A DNA stretch of 64,000 bases, taken from contig JAAVDE010000037.1 in the NCBI GenBank assembly GCA_014801955.1, forward strand, positions 549-64,548, in the 5' to 3' direction. Of this stretch, positions 61,600-64,000 are shown piece by piece (position 1 is the stretch's first letter; the number at the start of each line of letters is the position of its first letter). The position numbers were made by a program, and so were the translations under genes. The notes under the pieces were generated by a model. That model did no database searches. It was not told where the DNA came from and saw only the letters and a program-made list of their open reading frames with translations. This stretch comes from Bacteroides sp. Lineage in GTDB: Bacteria > Bacteroidota > Bacteroidia > Bacteroidales > Muribaculaceae.

Positions 61600-64000
61600 T
61601 TATTTCACAAGAACTTTTGCAACCGTCGAGGGCGAAACCTTGACGATATAAATGCCTGTGGCAAGATTCAGACGGGTTTCGTCGCTCTCAACAACGGCGC
61701 CGTTAACTGCTTTGCCATCTACGGCATAAACCGCAATCATTTCGCCCACAGGTGCGTTGCGAACAATGATGCCGCCCTCAACGATGTCGATAACAACGCC
61801 GCTCGAAGCCATCTCGGTCAGGCCAACTGTGTCGTCGACAGTAACCGCGCACATTGCGGTATGGTTGCCGCTGCGGGCAGTGATTTTTGCGGAGCCGAGC
61901 GATGCTAGCGAAACGCGGCCATCTTCGCTGACGGTAGCCACTTCGGGGTCAGACGATTCCCAGGTAACCGACTTGTCGGTAGTATTCTCAGGCTCATGCA
62001 GCGCCAGCAGGCTGAACTCATGGCCAACACCGCCAACGGCCTCCACAGGGAACACATTCAGCGCACGGGCTATTACCTCGCGAACCACAAACGGCAGCGA
62101 CAGCTCATGGTCCCGATACTCAGCGGTTACGGTAGCGGTGCCGGGAGCATTGAACCAAACGACACCGTCGGCATCAACAGCCGCAACCTCAGGGTTGGTA
62201 CTGCTCCAATTGAGAACCTTGTCGGTAGCATTTTCCGGCTCAACAACAGCACTCACTTCAACGCTATCGCCAACCTTGCAAACAATTCCCTGCAACTTAA
62301 CGGCCTCAACCGAGTTGACGCGATTTTCAGTTCCAGGAGTAACGAGAGCGAAGATTGAGCCGGCGTCGTTGGCGTAATAGGTGTGGAAGATTGTGCTGTT
62401 ATTATTAGTGTTGAGAGCGGTGGTATCCTCGGAGGGATCGGCTGCGAGAGCGAGGGCAACACCATAGTAAGTGCCGCCTTTGCGGAGGAATGGATAAACA
62501 ACCTGCGCGGCAGCTTCTTCGGTAGCAACGGTTACGTCGGTTTGGCCGAAGTTGTCGGTAACGGCTTCACCAACGTAGATGTTGGCAGCTGCGTTGTATA
62601 GGATGTAGCCACCGTCGGCCTGAGTCTTGAAGGTGAATACGGTTTCCTTGGCTTCGTTGTATTCGTCGTAAACCCAAGAAGAGCCGTTAATGCTGATAAA
62701 CTTGTTCTGGCGGAGATTTTTCAGAGTCAGCTCCATGTCGTTCATTCCGGTAGCGAGCAGCTCGTTAGCGGTTGCAATAGCGGTGGTGGCGATTTCGTCA
62801 ACTGCTTCAGCGGTGGTAGCGGAGGGATTGAGAGCCTTGATTTCTGCGATAGCAGTTTTCAGGATGTTGGCAACCATCGAGGGAACAGCATCTACATAAA
62901 CTTCGAGAGAGGCAACGCTGGCAGCGATAGCGTCGTTAACCATATCTTCGTCGCTTGCACCCATGATGCTCCAGATGGAGCCGCCGTCGGCGCCGTTCCA
63001 AAGAACTACCTTGGTATCAGCGTTCTGGTCAGCGTTGAGGGCGTTGTGGCCTTCAACATCGGGGAGAAGCATGTTAACACCGGTGAAACCGCTGTTGCTC
63101 TGAAGCATAAATTTGATTTCCTGAGCGCTTTCCTTCTCGGTGGTGGTGGCGATAGCGCCGTCGGTCAGAGCGAAATAGGTTGATGTTGCAGCATTGTAAA
63201 GGTAGTAGCCTGTTTCAGCAGCTTCGAGAGTGAACACTGCGGCAGCATTGGTGATATAGTCGGCAACCATAGGATAAGTGTCGGCGCTGGCACTCATATA
63301 AGCGGTTTTGCCACCGTTTGCGCGACGGAGGTTCTTCAGCGCGATCGGCTTGCCAACAAACATGGTGTTCAGTGTGGTGTTAGCATTGGAGATGATGTTT
63401 TCGTAGATTTCGGTGATTTTTTCTTCGAAGTTTTCGTCAATTTCAAAATTATTGAGGGCTTCGATGCCTGCGTTGAGGTCGTCGGCTACCCAGGGTACGT
63501 TGGCAATATAGGTGTTGAGAGTATCAATATGTTCTTGTATTGTTTCTTTGGCCATAAGGTTATACGCAAATCTGAGCGACCAGATCGAGCCACCGTCGCC
63601 TGCGCGATAGGTATGGAAGATTGTGCTCTTATTGTTGGTGTTTAGAGCGGTGGTAGCTTCAGTGGGTTCAGCTTCGAGAGCGAGAGCAACACCATAGTAA
63701 GTGTCGCCTTTACAGAGGAAGGGATAAACAACTTGTGCGGTAGCTTCTTCGGTAGCAACGGTAACGTTGGTCTGAACGCTCTCGTCGGTTTCAGCTTCAC
63801 CAACGTAGATGTTGGCAGCTTCGTTGTAGATGATGTAGCCACCGTCGGCCTGAGCCTTGAAGGTGAATATGGTTTCTTTGGCTTCGTTATATTCGTCGTA
63901 AACCCATTCGCCGTCAGCGATACTGATGAACTTATTCTGACGGAGGTTCATGAGGCTCAGTTTCATGTCGTTCATGCCGCCGGCAAGGAGTTCGTTGGCG
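61600..64000 (-). CDS. Large secreted repeat protein with two Big_2 (Ig-like) domains and a T9SS C-terminal sorting domain; 5' end lies outside the window
   Basis: C-terminus ...GEMIAVYAVDGKAVNGAVVESDETRLNLATGIYIVKVSPSTVAKVLVK is a type A T9SS CTD pattern. Two Big_2-like modules are present (VEPENATDKVLNWSSTNPEVAAVDADG.. and HEPENTTDKSVTWESSDPEVATVSEDG..). Upstream modules repeat with a 1230-nt period. The reading frame stays open to position 64000. Confidence 0.8.
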   Translation of the reverse strand, partial: ANELLAGGMNDMKLSLMNLRQNKFISIADGEWVYDEYNEAKETIFTFKAQADGGYIIYNEAANIYVGEAETDESVQTNVTVATEEATAQVVYPFLCKGDTYYGVALALEAEPTEATTALNTNNKSTIFHTYRAGDGGSIWSLRFAYNLMAKETIQEHIDTLNTYIANVPWVADDLNAGIEALNNFEIDENFEEKITEIYENIISNANTTLNTMFVGKPIALKNLRRANGGKTAYMSASADTYPMVADYITNAAAVFTLEAAETGYYLYNAATSTYFALTDGAIATTTEKESAQEIKFMLQSNSGFTGVNMLLPDVEGHNALNADQNADTKVVLWNGADGGSIWSIMGASDEDMVNDAIAASVASLEVYVDAVPSMVANILKTAIAEIKALNPSATTAEAVDEIATTAIATANELLATGMNDMELTLKNLRQNKFISINGSSWVYDEYNEAKETVFTFKTQADGGYILYNAAANIYVGEAVTDNFGQTDVTVATEEAAAQVVYPFLRKGGTYYGVALALAADPSEDTTALNTNNNSTIFHTYYANDAGSIFALVTPGTENRVNSVEAVKLQGIVCKVGDSVEVSAVVEPENATDKVLNWSSTNPEVAAVDADGVVWFNAPGTATVTAEYRDHELSLPFVVREVIARALNVFPVEAVGGVGHEFSLLALHEPENTTDKSVTWESSDPEVATVSEDGRVSLASLGSAKITARSGNHTAMCAVTVDDTVGLTEMASSGVVIDIVEGGIIVRNAPVGEMIAVYAVDGKAVNGAVVESDETRLNLATGIYIVKVSPSTVAKVLVK

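Overview
This is a 64-kb chromosomal segment from a GC-rich (roughly 60%) Bacteroidota genome, probably Bacteroidales and Alistipes/Rikenellaceae-like. That placement is inferred from sequence only. TTTG-N19-21-TAnnTTTG promoters precede most transcription units, Shine-Dalgarno sequences are absent, and there is a complete porT-porP-porK-porL-porM-porN type IX secretion (T9SS) locus plus a cargo gene with a T9SS C-terminal sorting domain.

The backbone is housekeeping: tsaD, groES-groEL, rimM, fabG, lpxA, an RND efflux operon, a MATE pump, an RsmF-like methyltransferase, slyD, M13/S9/M18 peptidases, dnaG, cysS, rpmH, rpsU, hpf, pheS, nth, three tRNAs and transporters. No rRNA gene, CRISPR array or transposase was seen.

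Short low-GC inserts carrying accessory genes interrupt this backbone:
- A fused ABC-ATPase/DUF4435 (OLD/PARIS-like) gene, a DUF4143 ATPase and a solitary terminase-large-subunit homolog lie next to tRNA-Lys (0.2-5.0 kb).
- A small multi-TM protein is paired with a membrane-anchored LexA-type (S24) peptidase (6.1-7.3 kb).
- An ABC-type ATPase is translationally coupled to a 219-aa protein with a PD-(D/E)xK-like motif (12.1-13.9 kb).
- A lipoprotein, a beta-barrel protein and HicAB lie next to tRNA-Glu (27.5-30.1 kb).
- A second ABC-type ATPase is coupled by an ATGA overlap to a PIN-like protein (34.7-36.5 kb).
- An orphan DUF3800 gene faces a convergent promoter-plus-terminator unit that looks like a small RNA (60.5-61.5 kb).

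The two ATPase+nuclease-like pairs and the TM/S24-peptidase pair are my best candidates for an undescribed defence or abortive-infection type system. I cannot run database searches, so novelty is unverified.

A separate sequence-level oddity is a perfect or degenerate TAATTAG heptamer microsatellite. It fills four intergenic gaps directly upstream of start codons or promoters and places stop codons in all six frames.
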